64,000 nt of DNA from an uncultured bacterium (lineage in GTDB: Bacteria > Actinomycetota > Acidimicrobiia > Spongiisociales > UBA5794). Positions 62,204 to 64,000 of this stretch are shown here, piece after piece. The notes under the pieces were generated by a model. The model was not told the DNA's origin and did not search any database. It saw only the letters and a list, made by a program, of their open reading frames with translations. The stretch is from contig CAWDDT010000009.1 of the NCBI GenBank assembly GCA_963801165.1, forward strand, positions 480,001-544,000, in the 5' to 3' direction. Numbering within the stretch: position 1 is the first letter of the stretch; the number at the start of each line of letters is the position of its first letter. Made by a program: the position numbers and the translations under genes.

Positions 62204-63967
62204 GTGCGCGAGAATTGGCGTGTGGATGGTCCCTTCTTGGAAGCCAGGGCTGCTTTCGACAGGTGGCGGCAACGCTTCCCGACAAACGTGTTCAGCAGTG
62301 ACGCTCATCTCGATCTGGTGCTCGCTCGCCATATCGATGGTGATCGGTTGGCCTCCCTCCGCGAGGAAGCCGGCAGCTTCGGAGCGGTGGTTGCCGGACA
62401 GCTCGAGCCGTTGGTGGAGACCTACCGAACGCACCTCCCCGAGTTGGTGAAATACGACGGCTATGGGAACCGCATCGAGATGATCCGGTTTCACGATGCC
62501 TACCACACCGCAGGTGAGCTCGTTTGGGGCTCAGGGTTGCTGGCACACTCGGCCGCGGCCGGCGGATCGTTCGAGCAGGCCACCCTGTTCTACCTGGCGT
62601 CGCTGGAGGGGGAGATGGGTCACATGTGCGCCGCAACCTGCACCACAGGAGCGGTCCGGGTGTTGCGCCGCTACGCCGACCCGGACATGTGCAACCGCTA
62701 TCTCCCGGGCTTGACCGGAAACGACTACCGGGCCGCAATCCGGGCGTCGCAGTTTCTTACCGAAGTCCAGGGTGGCAGCGACGTCGGCGCCAACGCCTCG
62801 GTGGCGAGGAGCAGCAGCGAAGGCTACGACATAACGGGGGAGAAGTGGTTCTGCTCGGTGGCCGACGCCGATCTATTCCTGCTACTGGCCCGGCCGGAAG
62901 GTGGGCCGGGTGGGACCTCCGGGCTGGGATGTTTCGTAGTACCCAGGACCATCGATGGCTCACCGAACGGCTTTTCGATACGTCGGCTCAAGGACAAGCT
63001 GGGCACGACGGCCATGGCCTCAGGTGAGGTCGACTTCGACGGCGCCCGGGCCTATGTCGTGGGGGAGCCCGACGCCGGATTCAAGATCATGGTCACGGCC
63101 ATGCTGAACACCAGCCGGTGGCTCAACGCGGTCGGCGACGTGGGCATGATGCGTCGTGCCTATGTGGAGGCCGCCAACTACGCCGCCGAACGCACCGCGT
63201 TCGGACGCCGCATCGGTGACTTCCCGCTCGTCCGCCGTCAGCTCGGCGAGATCAAGGCCGAGTGGCTGGCGGCCCTGCACAGCACGTGGGAGTTGACCGG
63301 GCTCGACGAAGCCGTCGACATCGAGGCGATGGGCGGGTCGCCGGTATCGTCGCTGGATGAGGGGTTCCATCGCTATCTCGTGAACGCCAACAAGCTCGTG
63401 TGCTCGCTTGCAGCCACCGGGGTGGTGCGGGCGGCGATCGAGGTGCTCGGCGGTAACGGGGCGATCGAGGAGTTCAGCGTTCTGCCCCGCTTGTTGCGTG
63501 ATGCGGTCGTCTACGAGCAATGGGAGGGCACCCACAACGTGCTGACGGCGCAGGTGTTGCGAGATCTGGGCAGGTTGGGGCTCGCCGGCACGGTCGTCGA
63601 CCGCACCGCCACCATCCTCAAGGGCATTGCCGATCCGGACCTGGGCCATGTCGCCGATCGTGCCCAGACCGAGCTCGAGGAGCTGGCCGGCAGGGTGGCC
63701 GAATGCGTCCACGAGCCCGAGTACGGCGCTCTGCATTTCCGTGGGTTGCTGGAGCGGTTGGTCCGGGCACATCAGGTGGCGCTGCTGCTCCAGGGCGCCG
63801 AAGCGGCGGCCGCTGCCGGGGATGATCGCTCGGGCGAGTTGGGAGTCGAGCTGTCGGCCGCAGCCGAGATCATCCTCGGTCGGTATGTCGAGCGCGACTA
63901 CCGCTCTGAGGAAGATCCCCGCTTCGAGAGCCTGGTGGCCCGGCTGCTCGGCTCAGATCTGGGGTAG
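62204..63967 (+). CDS. Acyl-CoA dehydrogenase family protein (AidB-like)
   Basis: QFLTEVQGGSDVG, GEKWFCS, RLKDKLG...ASGE, R.AFG, EVLGGNG.IE, RD......WEGT.NV. Confidence 0.9.
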   Translation: MRENWRVDGPFLEARAAFDRWRQRFPTNVFSSDAHLDLVLARHIDGDRLASLREEAGSFGAVVAGQLEPLVETYRTHLPELVKYDGYGNRIEMIRFHDAYHTAGELVWGSGLLAHSAAAGGSFEQATLFYLASLEGEMGHMCAATCTTGAVRVLRRYADPDMCNRYLPGLTGNDYRAAIRASQFLTEVQGGSDVGANASVARSSSEGYDITGEKWFCSVADADLFLLLARPEGGPGGTSGLGCFVVPRTIDGSPNGFSIRRLKDKLGTTAMASGEVDFDGARAYVVGEPDAGFKIMVTAMLNTSRWLNAVGDVGMMRRAYVEAANYAAERTAFGRRIGDFPLVRRQLGEIKAEWLAALHSTWELTGLDEAVDIEAMGGSPVSSLDEGFHRYLVNANKLVCSLAATGVVRAAIEVLGGNGAIEEFSVLPRLLRDAVVYEQWEGTHNVLTAQVLRDLGRLGLAGTVVDRTATILKGIADPDLGHVADRAQTELEELAGRVAECVHEPEYGALHFRGLLERLVRAHQVALLLQGAEAAAAAGDDRSGELGVELSAAAEIILGRYVERDYRSEEDPRFESLVARLLGSDLG

Positions 63968-64000
63968 GAGCGCGGCGAACCGGTTCATCAGCTCGTCGAA

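Overview
High-GC actinobacterial chromosomal segment; gene content suggests Acidimicrobiia (inference). It holds about 75 tightly packed genes, mostly housekeeping or accessory metabolism: malQ (partial), SRAP, DivIVA-like, clpS, HbhA-like, aroF-tyrA, a MazF-type TA pair, P450, nadE, alkA, mgtE, selD, Fkp, UvrD, MscS, pfkA and an AidB-like dehydrogenase. I saw no rRNA, tRNA, CRISPR array or intact transposase. Highlights that the ORF track misses or mis-calls: (1) two UGA-recoded selenoproteins, SelD (UACK) and an Rdx/SelW protein (CxxU), each with a SECIS-like hairpin; (2) an 84/87-bp palindromic tandem repeat whose only differences are synonymous or in-frame in an ORF resembling a triple-WRKSSY DUF397 protein; (3) a stand-alone halogen-chemistry-like module of FAD halogenase, CPA2 antiporter and a divergent SAM halogenase/hydrolase-fold protein with an FRSRD motif; (4) a 1434-aa SARP-STAND-family 5 solute-binding fusion; (5) two candidate sRNAs with C-rich loops; (6) LexA-type and PafBC-type DNA-damage promoters; (7) a Bacteroidetes-type Fkp; (8) a 30-aa leaderless membrane peptide, several gene scars, and many apparently leaderless genes. 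All calls come from motif recognition by eye; no database searches were run.
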